From positions 42,752-106,751 of the forward strand of contig CAWJSR010000050.1 in the NCBI GenBank assembly GCA_963845515.1: a stretch of DNA of 64,000 nucleotides, written 5' to 3'. The notes below the pieces were generated by a model that had not been told where the DNA came from, ran no database searches, and saw only the letters and a list, made by a program, of their open reading frames with translations. Shown one piece after another: positions 45,312 to 55,599 of the stretch (within the stretch, counting starts at the first letter, position 1; the number at the start of each line of letters is the position of its first letter). Position numbers and translations under genes: made by a program. The DNA comes from an uncultured delta proteobacterium (GTDB taxonomy: Bacteria > Myxococcota > Myxococcia > Myxococcales > Anaeromyxobacteraceae).

Positions 45312-46775
45312 GTGAGGCTCTCAGACGCGATGCTCGAGACGCTCCGCGCGCGGGTTCGCCCGTTCGAGGAGGCCGAGCTCGCGCTGGTCCGCGCCGTGCT
45401 CGAGCTCCCCCGGTGGCTGGACGAGCCGTCCGAGGCTGCGCTGCGCGAGGCGCTGAACCTCGCGCGGCTCGGGCTGATACGCGTCTCCAAAGGCGTCGAC
45501 GTCGACGCGTGGGACCTCCTGACCCCCTTCAGGGAGCGCGTCGCGTCGACGCTCGTCCCGGCGCTGCGGCGGCACGACCCGAGATCGCTCCGGGACGTCG
45601 CCCAGCTTGCCCGCACGCTCGGGGAGACGCTGGAGCCCTGGCGGGCGAAGCTGCTCGACTCGTTCCCCGGCGGGCTCTCGGCGGAGCGGCTGGACCGCGA
45701 GCTGAGAGAGAAGGCGCTCGTCCTCGTGTGCGGTGGCGGCGGCGGGGTCGCCTGGTCGTACCTCGGGGCGTTCGGGCTCCTGGAGCGGCACGACCTCCGC
45801 CCGAGGCTCTGCGCGGGGTCGAGCATGGGCGCGCTCCTGCTCCTCTTCCGCGCGCGGACGCGCCGGTGGGATCCGTCCTTCATCCCGGAGCTCCTCGGGA
45901 AGCTCGGCTACGCGAAGCTGTTCCGCGTCCTGCAGACCGACTCCCGCTACGCCCTGCCCGCGGCGATCCAGCTCCAGCTGCGCGAGACGATGGGCGAGTA
46001 CGTGACGCGCGCCGACGGCGCCGCCGCGACGCTCGCCGACCTCGCGGTCCCGCTCCTGGTGGCAGTCACCGGCGTCCGGACCGGGAGCCTCCCCCACGAC
46101 CCCGGCTTCTACGAGCACCTCCTCGACGGGAGCGACTCTCCGCTGCGACCCCACGTCCTCGAGCGGCTCGTGGCGCGCATCTTCGGCGTCGCCAGCGAGC
46201 TGGCGCGCCGGAAGGACGTGCTCGTGCCGCTACACCTCGGCGCCGACGCGGAGACCGCGCAGTTCGACGCGATGGACGCCGTCGGCTTCTCCTGCGCGCT
46301 GCCGGGGGTGATCCACTACGACGTCCTGCGGGACGATCCGCGGATGCACAGGCTCCTGGGCGCGCTCTTCGAGCGCGAGGGGCTCGCGCGGCTGGTCGAC
46401 GGCGGCCTGACGGACAACCTCCCGGCCCGCGCGGCCTGGGAGATGGTGCAGCGCGGCCAGCTCGCGACCCGCAACGCGCTCATGCTGGGGCTGGAGGGGT
46501 TCGCGCCCAAGCTCCGCCAGCCGCTCTGGTACGGGCTCGAGCAGATCGCCGCCCAGAGCGTCGAGCGCAACCGCCCCTTCGTCCACGTCCACCGCTCGTT
46601 CCAGCGGGTCCTCTCGCCGCTCGAGGTCGTCCCCGGCCGACCGCAGCTCGAGCGGGCTATCCAGCTCGGGACCGAGGAGCTGCTGCCCGACATGCCGGTC
46701 GTCGCGCGGCTCTGCCGCCCGTACCGCGCGCCGCTCGAGGTCCGCGGGCGCGCTCCCCACCCACTCGGCGTATAG
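45312..46775 (+). CDS. Patatin-like phospholipase
   Basis: GGGGG oxyanion motif, GSSMG nucleophile elbow, DGG. Confidence 0.88.
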   Translation: MRLSDAMLETLRARVRPFEEAELALVRAVLELPRWLDEPSEAALREALNLARLGLIRVSKGVDVDAWDLLTPFRERVASTLVPALRRHDPRSLRDVAQLARTLGETLEPWRAKLLDSFPGGLSAERLDRELREKALVLVCGGGGGVAWSYLGAFGLLERHDLRPRLCAGSSMGALLLLFRARTRRWDPSFIPELLGKLGYAKLFRVLQTDSRYALPAAIQLQLRETMGEYVTRADGAAATLADLAVPLLVAVTGVRTGSLPHDPGFYEHLLDGSDSPLRPHVLERLVARIFGVASELARRKDVLVPLHLGADAETAQFDAMDAVGFSCALPGVIHYDVLRDDPRMHRLLGALFEREGLARLVDGGLTDNLPARAAWEMVQRGQLATRNALMLGLEGFAPKLRQPLWYGLEQIAAQSVERNRPFVHVHRSFQRVLSPLEVVPGRPQLERAIQLGTEELLPDMPVVARLCRPYRAPLEVRGRAPHPLGV

Positions 46776-46855
46776 CGTACGCCCCTGCTGGGGCGTTCAG
46801 GGCCCGGGAAGATGTGGTCTTGGCCCGCGGTTTGATTCCCCGGAGGCCTATTTCA

Positions 46856-46885
46856 TTGACCAGCTCGATCGATTTCGGCTAGATT
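46856..46885 (+). promoter_or_regulatory. Candidate sigma70 promoter of the Fic gene
   Basis: TTGACC-N18-TAGATT followed by an AT-rich leader. Confidence 0.45.
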
Positions 46886-46998
46886 CCCGTCCCCTCGGGG
46901 CGGAAAACCACAAAAACGCTTTTATTTTCAAAGCCTTGAAGGGCCAACGCACCGCGCCACGGTACGTTCCGGGCCCTCGGCGGGAGCACCACGAACCC

Positions 46999-47766
46999 AT
47001 GCGGACTCGTTACGTCGACATCGACGATCGTCATCAGGACCTCGCTGAGAGAATGCGGGCCGAGCCGGCTGCGGCAGAGGACTTCCTGCACAAGTGGGAT
47101 CTCTCGTGGCTCTACCACGAGAACGCGATGGAGGGGATCGTCTACTCCGAGACCGAGCTCCAGACCGCGATGGCCAACCAGCCGGTCGCCGACGCCGCGT
47201 TCCTGAGGGCGCTCCTCGAGATCCGCAACCACAAGAACGCGCTCGACCTCATCCGCTCGGAGGCCGGACAGAAGAAGCTCCGGATCAACCTCACGACGGT
47301 GAAGAAGCTCTACGAGACGCTGGGCGAGGGGATCGAGGGGCGCAGCGTCGCCGAGTACCGGAGCGAGATGCCGCTGCACCGGGCCTACTACCACGAGATC
47401 GCGCAGCCGGCCCGGATCGCCGGCCTGCTCGCCAAGCTCTGCGATCAGGCCGAGTCCTCGGAGCAGCGCAACGCGCACCCCATCCAGCGCGCCATCAGGA
47501 TCCACCACGGGTTCATGCAGATCTTCCCGTTCACGGAGAACTCGGGCCGTGTGGCGCGCCTCCTGTCGAACCTGATCCTGATCGGCGCGGGCTACCTCCC
47601 GGTCATCGTCCACGCGACCGACCGGCAGCGCTACTACGACTCGTTCCGCCTCCCCGAGACGGCGCTCCGCGAGCTGACGATGGAGGCGATCGAGAACGGG
47701 CTCGTCCACGCCGAGAAGATCTTCGCCTGGGTCCAGCCTGCGCGCGCCCGCAAGGCCGTGCGGTAA
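46999..47766 (+). CDS. Fic family protein with non-canonical motif
   Basis: YHENAMEG, HPIQRA...H..F..IFPFTENSGRVARLLSNL.L...GY.P, R..YY. Confidence 0.88.
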   Translation: MRTRYVDIDDRHQDLAERMRAEPAAAEDFLHKWDLSWLYHENAMEGIVYSETELQTAMANQPVADAAFLRALLEIRNHKNALDLIRSEAGQKKLRINLTTVKKLYETLGEGIEGRSVAEYRSEMPLHRAYYHEIAQPARIAGLLAKLCDQAESSEQRNAHPIQRAIRIHHGFMQIFPFTENSGRVARLLSNLILIGAGYLPVIVHATDRQRYYDSFRLPETALRELTMEAIENGLVHAEKIFAWVQPARARKAVR

Positions 47767-47849
47767 CCGCCCGTAAAGGGGGGCCGAGCGGGTGGTCACG
47801 CCCCGGGCGTGGCGGCGCGCCGTCGGCAGGTGTATAGCCTTGCCCCCTC

Positions 47850-48677
47850 ATGCTCCTCGGGGCACACGAAGGTATCGCTGGAGGGGTCTCGACCGCGTTC
47901 GCGCGGGCCGAGGCCGACGGCTGCGAGTGTGTCCAGATCTTCACCCGGAACGCGCGCGGCTGGGCGGCGAAGCCCCTCGAGCCCGACGAGGTGGAGCGCT
48001 TTCGCGCCGAGCGGAAGCGGACCGGCTTCCCGGTCGCCGCGCACGCCAGCTACCTCGTCAACGCCGCCGCCGCGGACCCCGAGATCCGCAAGAAGAGCTG
48101 GGACGCGCTCGCGGAGGAGCTCGCGCGCTGCGAGGCGCTGGGCGTCCCGCAGCTCATCTTCCACCCCGGCAGCAACCCCGACGAGGCCGAGGGGATCCGG
48201 ATCGCCGGCGACGGCATGACCCAGGCGCTAGAGCGCGTGCCGGGCAAGGTGAGGTTGCTCATCGAGACGACCGCCGGCCAGGGGGCCTCGCTGGGCTGGC
48301 GGTTCGAGCAGCTCGCCGCGCTCCGCGAGGCGGTCCCCGGCGCCACCCGGCGCCGCGTCGCCTTCTGCCTCGACACCTGCCACGTCTTCGCCGCCGGCTA
48401 CGACCTCTCCACCCCCGCGGCCTACGCCATGACCATGGAGGAGCTGGACCGGACCGCCGGCCTCTCCAACGTCCACGCGTTCCACCTAAACGACGCGAAG
48501 CGCCCGCTCGGCAGCCGCGTCGATCGTCACGAGCACATCGGGCAGGGCGAGCTCGGGACCGAGCCCTTCCGGCACCTGGTGAACGACGCACGCTTCGCAG
48601 ACCACCCGGGCTTCCTCGAGACCGAGGAGCGCTACCCGGAGAACCTCGCAGTCCTCCGCAGGCTCGTCCGCCGATGA
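47850..48677 (+). CDS. nfo: Endonuclease IV
   Basis: LGAH, QIFT.N, HASYLVN, HPG, ETTAGQG, CLDTCH.FAAGY, HLND, DRHEHIG.G. Confidence 0.96.
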   Translation: MLLGAHEGIAGGVSTAFARAEADGCECVQIFTRNARGWAAKPLEPDEVERFRAERKRTGFPVAAHASYLVNAAAADPEIRKKSWDALAEELARCEALGVPQLIFHPGSNPDEAEGIRIAGDGMTQALERVPGKVRLLIETTAGQGASLGWRFEQLAALREAVPGATRRRVAFCLDTCHVFAAGYDLSTPAAYAMTMEELDRTAGLSNVHAFHLNDAKRPLGSRVDRHEHIGQGELGTEPFRHLVNDARFADHPGFLETEERYPENLAVLRRLVRR

Positions 48678-49765
48678 CCGCCCCCAGGAAGACCTCCCGC
48701 GCCGTGCGCGGCGCCAGGCAGGCGCGCGCCGCCGCCCGCGTCGTGAAGCTGCGCCGCGAGCGGCTCGACGAGCTCGTCGCCCTCGCGAAGGGGAGGCGGC
48801 GCGCGCTCATCCTGACGCACGACAACCCGGACCCCGACTCGATCGCGGGTGCCATCGGCCTCGGCTGGCTCCTCAAGCGGCTGGCGCGTGTCGAGTCGAC
48901 GGTGGCGTACGGCGGCATCATCGGCCGCGCCGAGAACAAGGCGCTCGTCAAGGTGCTCCACCTCCCCCTCACCCCGGTCTCGCGCGTCGCCTTCGACGAG
49001 TTCGACCTGATCTGCATGGTCGACACGCAGCCCGACCAGGGGAACCACTCGCTGCCTGCCGGCGTGGTACCCGACGTCATCATCGACCACCACCCGCGCC
49101 GTCCCGAGACCGCGCGCGCGCCGTTCGCCGACGTCGGCGGACCCATCGGCGCCTCGTCGACGGTGGTGGCCGAGTACGTGCGGGCGAGCGGCCTCCACCT
49201 CCCCCCGCGCATCGCCACGGCCCTCTTCTACGGGATCAAGGCCGACACCCGCGACCTCGGCAGGATGACCACGGCGCAGGACGTCGACGCCTACCTCTGG
49301 CTCTTCCCGCTGGCGGACAAGGACGCGCTCAGATCCATCGAGTACCCGCGCCTGCCCGCGGTCTACTTCCGGCTGCAGCACACCGCGCTCGAGCGGCTGG
49401 AGGTCTGGGGCGACGTGGCCATCGTCGACGTCGGAGACCTCTACGCCCCGGACATGGTGGCCGAGGTCGCGGAGCGCTTCCACCTGCTCGAGGGGACGCG
49501 CTGGGCGCTGGCGTTCGGCCGCTACGACAAGGCGCTCTGGTTCTCGCTCCGGACGAGCGACCTGCGCGCCAACGCCGGCCGGACCATCCGCCGCGTGATC
49601 GAGGAGCGCGGCGGAAGCGCCGGCGGCCACGGCTCCATGGCCGGCGCGCGGCTCCCGGTCGAGGGGCTCTCCATGGCCGCGGAGGGGCGGCTCAAGGCCG
49701 CCATCGTCCGCGCCTTCCTGCGCGCCCTCCGCGTGCGGGTGCGGAAGCCGAAGAAGCTGGTGTAG
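48674..49765 (+). CDS. DHH family phosphoesterase
   Basis: THDNPDPDS, VDT, IDHH, GIKADT, GGH...AG. Confidence 0.92.
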   Translation: MTAPRKTSRAVRGARQARAAARVVKLRRERLDELVALAKGRRRALILTHDNPDPDSIAGAIGLGWLLKRLARVESTVAYGGIIGRAENKALVKVLHLPLTPVSRVAFDEFDLICMVDTQPDQGNHSLPAGVVPDVIIDHHPRRPETARAPFADVGGPIGASSTVVAEYVRASGLHLPPRIATALFYGIKADTRDLGRMTTAQDVDAYLWLFPLADKDALRSIEYPRLPAVYFRLQHTALERLEVWGDVAIVDVGDLYAPDMVAEVAERFHLLEGTRWALAFGRYDKALWFSLRTSDLRANAGRTIRRVIEERGGSAGGHGSMAGARLPVEGLSMAAEGRLKAAIVRAFLRALRVRVRKPKKLV

Positions 49766-49825
49766 CTCGGCTGCTCTCGAAGGACCTCTCGTACCAACGC
49801 CTGCGTCGAAGCGCGCGTGACTCAC

Positions 49826-49857
49826 GGAGGCCGGCGCGCGGGAGCGCGCCGGCCTCC
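49826..49857. terminator. Perfect 14-bp hairpin between convergent genes
   Basis: GGAGGCCGGCGCGC-GGGA-GCGCGCCGGCCTCC; no U tract. Confidence 0.55.
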
Positions 49858-49864
49858 CAGTCGC

Positions 49865-50950
49865 CTACGGGACGACTCGCACGGAGTCGACGCCGCGGAT
49901 CGAGACGTTGTCCTGGGTCTTGCCCTCCAGCACCACCCGGGTGTCCGTGTCGGAGAGCACCAGCGCCTCGGAGTTCACCTGCAGGACGAGATCGGGGAAG
50001 CCGTCGCCGTTCACGTCCTCCAGGGCGATGGCCGGCGTCCCGCTTCCCCTGAGCCGGATCGGAGCGCTCGCGAGAGTGACCGTGAACGGATCGATCGTAG
50101 CTGCGTCGAACCTGGCCGAGCCGAGGATCGCCACCGTGACCACGCCATTCGAGCCGAGGTTGATCGCGTTGGGGAAGCTCCCCGGCTTCACGTCGATCGC
50201 GACTTCGATGGCAGCCGGGAACGGGTTCGCAGCGAGCGCGGCCACGTCGACGTCGGACAGGATCGCGTCGTACGCGCGGAAGAGCGCGATACGTCCGTCG
50301 GCGTATTCGCCCTGCCCGCCGCCGACGACGTTGTCGAGGAAGAGGTTCAGGGCCGACCGCGGATTCGCGATGTCCATGACATGAGTCGTGGAGGTCGCGG
50401 TGAACTCGAGGCGTCCGTCGAGGTAGGCGCTGACCACGCCCGACGAGTCGTTCGTGAGGACGACGTGGTGAAACTCGCTGGTGGTGAATGGCGTCGTCCC
50501 GTCGGCCAGCGCGCCGTTCTCGTAGACCTCCACGAGCGACTGCGGCGAGACGTAGAAGCCATTGTCCGACCCGCGATCCTGGACGTCGAGGATGCGCCGC
50601 CACGCACCGTTCGTCTCGACGAACTCGAACACCAGCTCGACCGAGTAGCGGTCCGGGGCGAGCAGCCCCGCCGTCGCGAGTGAGAGCCCCGCCTGCTCCT
50701 CGACCGGCATGTTGCCGTCGAACGAGTACACGCGACGCGACTGGCCGAGAACGACTGCGTCATCGAAGCGACCCAGCCCGAGCGGGTCCACCGGCTGGAG
50801 TGCCGGCGCGCCCGGCTCCATCGCGTCGAACGAGTCGTTGAACAGGTAGGTCGCCACGGCAGCCGGCGCGGCGACGGCCCGCGCTGCTCCGAAGACCAGG
50901 AAGGCCACGAACGTGGCGGTGATGCTCCTCGCGACGATGCAACGGACCAT
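49865..50950 (-). CDS. Secreted LamG/concanavalin-like domain protein
   Basis: Signal peptide; YSVELVF, FHHVVLT, AYLDG, YD..LS..DV; C-terminal IDVKPG..PN.IN and EDVNGDGFPDLVL. Confidence 0.8.
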   Translation of the reverse strand: MVRCIVARSITATFVAFLVFGAARAVAAPAAVATYLFNDSFDAMEPGAPALQPVDPLGLGRFDDAVVLGQSRRVYSFDGNMPVEEQAGLSLATAGLLAPDRYSVELVFEFVETNGAWRRILDVQDRGSDNGFYVSPQSLVEVYENGALADGTTPFTTSEFHHVVLTNDSSGVVSAYLDGRLEFTATSTTHVMDIANPRSALNLFLDNVVGGGQGEYADGRIALFRAYDAILSDVDVAALAANPFPAAIEVAIDVKPGSFPNAINLGSNGVVTVAILGSARFDAATIDPFTVTLASAPIRLRGSGTPAIALEDVNGDGFPDLVLQVNSEALVLSDTDTRVVLEGKTQDNVSIRGVDSVRVVP

Positions 50951-51160
50951 TTCTGCATTCCTCCCCGCGCCGTTCCACGGCGCATCGAGCGGCGCCCCCT
51001 GCCGCACCCCCGGCGAGGCGAAGAGCCACCGCGGTGTGTCCACGATGCGTGACACACTGCCACTGTCAGTCACGGAACGACAGTGCAAACGACGTGGCCG
51101 GTGAGCGCCGGCATCGGGGGTTGACCGAGGATGAGGCCGCGCCCGACCAGCCGGCCTCCG

Positions 51161-53410
51161 CTAGAGGATGGTCGATGCCCCGCCGTAGACGAGCCGGTAC
51201 GCCCCGTAGCTCCCGAGGACGCGCTTCACGTACTCGCGGGTCTCCGCGGCCGGGATCTGCTCCACCCACTCGTCCACCTCCACGCGGGGCCGCGCGCGGA
51301 TCCAGCGCCCCACCGCCGCGGGCCCGGCGTTGTACGCGGCCACGGCCCGCACCTTCGAGCCGTCGAGCTGCGCCAGGAGGTCGCCGAGGTACGCCGCGCC
51401 GAGGCGGATGTTCAGGTCGGGGCGCTGGAGTGCCGCCGTGGACACGGCCACCCCGAGCCCGGCCGCCACCTCGCGGGCCGTCTGCGGCATGAGCTGGGTG
51501 AGGCCGATCGCGCCCGTCGACGAGCACGCCCGCGGGTTGAACAGGCTCTCCTCCCGCATCAGCCCCTGCAGGAGGTCGGGATCGATCCTGGAGGCCTTCG
51601 CCCAGCGCTCGACCTGCCGGCGGAATGGCCGCGGATACGTCGCCTGCCAGACCTCCGCCGTCCGCGCGTCCACTCCCCCAGTCAACTCGGCCCCGAGCGT
51701 GGTGCGGGCGACGTACGCGGCGGCCCGCTCGTGCCCCGTGCGCCCCAGGGCCTCCGTCAGGAGCCGCGCCGCGTCCTCTCCCAGGGCGCGGCGATCGACG
51801 GCGAGCAGCGCGGCCTCCGCACCCGGGAGCCCCATCCGCAGGAGCTCCACACCGGCGAGGAAGCGCGGGTCGGTCCCCATCGACCCCGCCTCGAGCGGCC
51901 AGACCGACGCCTCGACGCACCGCGAAGGGGCGGCCTGGGGGGGCGCCGCCGCCGGGCCATCTGCTGCAAGCCGTCCACGGGCCAGCAGGCCGTACCAGCT
52001 CGCCGGCTGCTCGGCCGCGAGCGCGGCGAGCTCGGCCACGCCGGAAGGGTGCCGGTCCCCCAGCGTCCGGGCTCGCCAGTAACGCGCCCTGAGCCGCTGA
52101 TCCCGCCCGAGCCCCGGCAGCCGCCCGAGGCGCTCGAACGCGGCGAGCGCGGCCTCCTGCGCACCGGCCGCCCGGCGCTGCCACGCGAGGAGGAAGAGCG
52201 CCTCGGGCGCGAAGTTGCCGGCCGCGTGGGTGGTCGCCACCCGCTCGAGTCGCTCCAGGGCCGCCGCCGATCGCCCATCGCGCAGCTCGAGCTCTGCGGC
52301 GAAGTAGAGCGCGTCGTCCGCGAAGGGGTGGGCCGGGTATTCGCCCGCCAGCGCGTCATACGTCCGGACGGCGTCCTGCCTCGCCACGATCGACTGGGAG
52401 TAGCCGAGCAGGTACATCGCCTGCGGCCGCTGCTCGGACGCCCTGCAGGCTTCGACCATCGGCGCGAACGCCGCGATCGCCTTGCGGTGCTGCCGCAGCT
52501 TCCGGAGCGCGCTGCCGACGACGAACCTCGCCCGGCAGGCGTGCTCGTCGGGCAGCGCCGTCTTCACCTGCAGCGCGAGCCGCATCGCCTCGGCGTTGTC
52601 GTGGAACGAGAGGAACGACTCGGCACGGGTGAGCCGCCACCTGTTCGGGGTCGGCAGCTCCCGCAGCCGGGCCCAGACGGTCTCCGCCTCGCGCGAGAGC
52701 GGGCTCGTCGCCCAGAGCTCGAGCATCGCGCGGTGCTCGCCCGGGTAGTCGCCCCGCTTCTGGCACAGCCGCGCAGCGGCGAGCAGCGCCCTTCGCCGCA
52801 CCGCGTCGTTCCGAGGCGTCGCCGGGAGCGCGCGCAGGGGCGTGAGCGCCTCCAGCGCGGCGTCGAGATCGAGCGCGCGCTCGAGCACTCGCGACTGCGC
52901 GAGCCGGGCGTCGGCGAACAGGTTCGAGTCCGGCCTCACCTGCGCGTACGCGGCGGCCGCGGCTCGGCGCTTGCGCAGCCGCTCGAGGGCGCTCGCGGCG
53001 TCGAAGAGGCAGTGGTCGCGCATCGCGGGGTAGTCGTCCGCGAGCGCCGTGAGCTCCTCCACCGCCGCCGCCGGATCTGCGCGCAGCGCCGCGAGCGCGC
53101 GCAGGTAGCGCACCGGTCGCGCTTCTCCTCGCAGCGCCGCGCGCGCCCTTGCGTGGCGTCCGCGGTCGAAGTGGGCCTTGGCCTCGGCGAGGGGGCCCGA
53201 GGCGAAGTACGGCGAGAGGTCGGCCTCCGCGTAGCTGCGGGTGACCTCCCGTGAACGCGAGCCGACCTCGATCAGCTCCTCGAGCTGGCTCTCGGGGATG
53301 GCGGCGTCTTCGGCGGGCTCCTCCGCGAGCGCGCCGGGGGCGCACGCCACCGCGACGAGCGCGGCCATCCAGCGCCATCGAGGGCGCGAAGTGGCGGCGG
53401 CTTCGGCCAC
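51161..53410 (-). CDS. Soluble lytic murein transglycosylase (Slt70-like) with TPR repeats
   Basis: LMREES.FNP, GAIGLTQLMP, AAYNAGP, ETREYV; GTG start overlaps the kinase stop. Confidence 0.93.
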   Translation of the reverse strand: MAEAAATSRPRWRWMAALVAVACAPGALAEEPAEDAAIPESQLEELIEVGSRSREVTRSYAEADLSPYFASGPLAEAKAHFDRGRHARARAALRGEARPVRYLRALAALRADPAAAVEELTALADDYPAMRDHCLFDAASALERLRKRRAAAAAYAQVRPDSNLFADARLAQSRVLERALDLDAALEALTPLRALPATPRNDAVRRRALLAAARLCQKRGDYPGEHRAMLELWATSPLSREAETVWARLRELPTPNRWRLTRAESFLSFHDNAEAMRLALQVKTALPDEHACRARFVVGSALRKLRQHRKAIAAFAPMVEACRASEQRPQAMYLLGYSQSIVARQDAVRTYDALAGEYPAHPFADDALYFAAELELRDGRSAAALERLERVATTHAAGNFAPEALFLLAWQRRAAGAQEAALAAFERLGRLPGLGRDQRLRARYWRARTLGDRHPSGVAELAALAAEQPASWYGLLARGRLAADGPAAAPPQAAPSRCVEASVWPLEAGSMGTDPRFLAGVELLRMGLPGAEAALLAVDRRALGEDAARLLTEALGRTGHERAAAYVARTTLGAELTGGVDARTAEVWQATYPRPFRRQVERWAKASRIDPDLLQGLMREESLFNPRACSSTGAIGLTQLMPQTAREVAAGLGVAVSTAALQRPDLNIRLGAAYLGDLLAQLDGSKVRAVAAYNAGPAAVGRWIRARPRVEVDEWVEQIPAAETREYVKRVLGSYGAYRLVYGGASTIL

Positions 53411-54321
53411 TAGTGCAGCCCGAACAGGCCCCGAACCACGGAGGCGATCGCCAGCGGCGTCCCGATCGCAGGGTCGTAGCGCGAGGCGACCTCCTCGGCG
53501 AAGGCGGCCGCGCTCGGCCAGCGATCCACTGCCCTCGGGGCGAGGCAGCGGAGCACGAGCGCGTCGAACTCGAACGGGATCTCGGGCCTGACCTCCGACG
53601 GCGCGCGCAGGCGCCCCGCGAGGATCGCCTGCCCCACCTCGTTGACCGAGCGGCCGGGGAACGCGTGCTCGTTGGTCAGCAGCTCGAAGGTCATGGCGCC
53701 GAGCGCGAAGATGTCGGTGGCGGGGATCGGCCGCTCGCCCCGGATCTGCTCGGGCGCGAGGTAGTGGATCTTGCCGAAGCCGGCGCCGCCCGCCGGGGCC
53801 TCGGCGCCGGCCGCGAGCGCGACGCCGAAGTCGCCGAGCTTGATCTCGCCGAGCCGCGAGATGAAGACGTTGGACGGTGAGACGTCGCAGTGGACGATCC
53901 CGAGCGGCTGGCCCGTCCGATCGACCCCGTCGTGAGCGTGGGCGAGCGCCTCGGCCACCTGGTGCGCCAGGAAGGCGGCGAAGTCGATCGGCAGGAGGAT
54001 CTTCCGCTCGATGCACTGGTTCAGGATCTGGCGGAGGTTCCGACCGTCGACGTACTCCATCGCGATGAAGGGCGCGCCCCCCGCGACGCCGGTCTCGAGC
54101 ACCTCGATGCAGGTCGGGTGGTCGAGACGGCAGGTCACCGCCGCCTCGCGGTGGAAGAGGTCCAGGTACTGGGGGTCGCGCGCCAGCTCCGGGCGCAGCC
54201 GCTTCAGCGCGACGACCTGGCCCGCCCGCGGGCCAGCGACGGCGCGCGCGCGGTAGACGTCCGCCATCCCCCCGCGACCGATGAGCGCCTCGAGCTCGTA
54301 GCCTGCGAACCGCTTCTCCAT
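53410..54321 (-). CDS. Serine/threonine protein kinase (kinase domain only)
   Basis: GRGGMADVY, VALK, HCDVSPSN, DFG, YLAPE, DIFALG. Confidence 0.95.
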   Translation of the reverse strand: MEKRFAGYELEALIGRGGMADVYRARAVAGPRAGQVVALKRLRPELARDPQYLDLFHREAAVTCRLDHPTCIEVLETGVAGGAPFIAMEYVDGRNLRQILNQCIERKILLPIDFAAFLAHQVAEALAHAHDGVDRTGQPLGIVHCDVSPSNVFISRLGEIKLGDFGVALAAGAEAPAGGAGFGKIHYLAPEQIRGERPIPATDIFALGAMTFELLTNEHAFPGRSVNEVGQAILAGRLRAPSEVRPEIPFEFDALVLRCLAPRAVDRWPSAAAFAEEVASRYDPAIGTPLAIASVVRGLFGLH

Positions 54322-54338
54322 CGCGATCTTCTACCAGC

Positions 54339-55227
54339 TCACAGCCTGGCCCGGACCAGCGCGTCGTACGCCGGATCGCCGCGGAGCGGCTCGAGGTCGG
54401 GATCCGCGCCGATCCCGTCGGCGGAGACGTAGCCGTTCATCGCGGCGATCTGGAGGTAGCGCAGCGCGAGCTCCTTCTGCCCCTGAAGCGCGTAGACACA
54501 TGCCATGTTGTAGTAGGCGTCGCCGAAGTCAGGATCGACGACGAGTGACTTCTTGTACCACTCCAGGGCGCGGTCCAGATCGTTGCGCATGCGCCAGGTG
54601 ACCCCCACCCCGTTGAAGGCCTCCGGGATGCCCTCGTCGATCTCGATCGCCTCGAGGAACCTGCGGCGCGCGGCCTCGAAGTTCCCCTCGTTCAGGTAGG
54701 CGGCGCCGTCCTTCAGCACGGCGCGGGCCCTCGCGCGGCGCGCCTGCTTCGCCTCCCTGGGGGTCGCCTTAGCGACGGTGACCGCGCCGGGCGCGGCGGC
54801 GCCGGCGGTGGCTGGCGCGGGGCCGGAGGCACGCGTCATGGTGAGCCCACCCTTCTTCCCGACCGGCGCTACGCAGCCCCTCGCCTCGACGTGCACGGCG
54901 CCCGAGAGCGTCCCCGGAGCCACGAGGAAGACCGCGCTCGCCCACTCCTCCTTCGCCTTGCAGCGCGTGCCTCGCAGGCAGACCCTCAGCTTCCCCGCGA
55001 AGGAGTCGTCGAGGAGCGTGCCCTTCAGCACCTCGCTCCCCTCGTCGAACTTGCAGGGGACGGAGGCCCCGACGAGCCGCCCGGTGAAGAGATCGCCGCG
55101 CGCCTCGATCCGGATCCGGCCGATCGGAGGTGTCCCAGTCCCCGGTCACGTTCGGGTCCAGGCACGCTGCGGCCGCTGGCTGCGCCGCGAGGATGGCTAC
55201 GAGGATGGCTCTGCAAGTGGCCGTCAT
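54339..55227 (-). CDS. Exported TPR protein (apparent +1 frameshift near 55128)
   Basis: Signal MTATCRAILVAILAAQPAAA lies in another frame; C-terminal TPRs, AYYNMACVYAL, DPDLEPLRGDP. Confidence 0.8.
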
Positions 55228-55270
55228 TCGCGCCGATTCTACCTTCCGTTGGGCGCCTCGCCGGTATCGC

Positions 55271-55299
55271 TTGACAGCGCAGCACGGCAGTCCTAGGAT
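55271..55299 (+). promoter_or_regulatory. Sigma70 promoter upstream of 6S RNA
   Basis: TTGACA-N17-TAGGAT. Confidence 0.75.
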
Positions 55300-55361
55300 C
55301 AAACCATGAAATAATCCCGTTGTTTCACGGGGTTATAGCTCTTTCTCCAATTTGTTCGCTT

Positions 55362-55555
55362 GCCCCCTGCCGGGTTCGTGATCGACCTCGTGTCGCTTGG
55401 GCCGACTTGTAACAATGAAGAGCAGCGGCTGGCTGTCTCCATGTGCAAGCTCCCAGAGCAGCGAGGGAGAAGCCTACGGAGGCGGTTTGCACAGCCGCTC
55501 CACCTGTAGAAAATACAGGTCCAAGCAACCAGGTCACACGGCCTACGCGGGGGGC
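55362..55555 (+). ncRNA. ssrS: 6S RNA
   Basis: About 194 nt rod: GCCCCCTGC/GCGGGGGGC closing stem, GCTTGGGCC/GGTCCAAGC, A-rich central bubble, AGCGGCTG/CAGCCGCT. Directly upstream of ygfA, the conserved synteny. Confidence 0.88.
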
Positions 55556-55599
55556 TTTTTTGTCTGCTCCGCCGGTACGTGACGGCGAGCGCAGGACGC

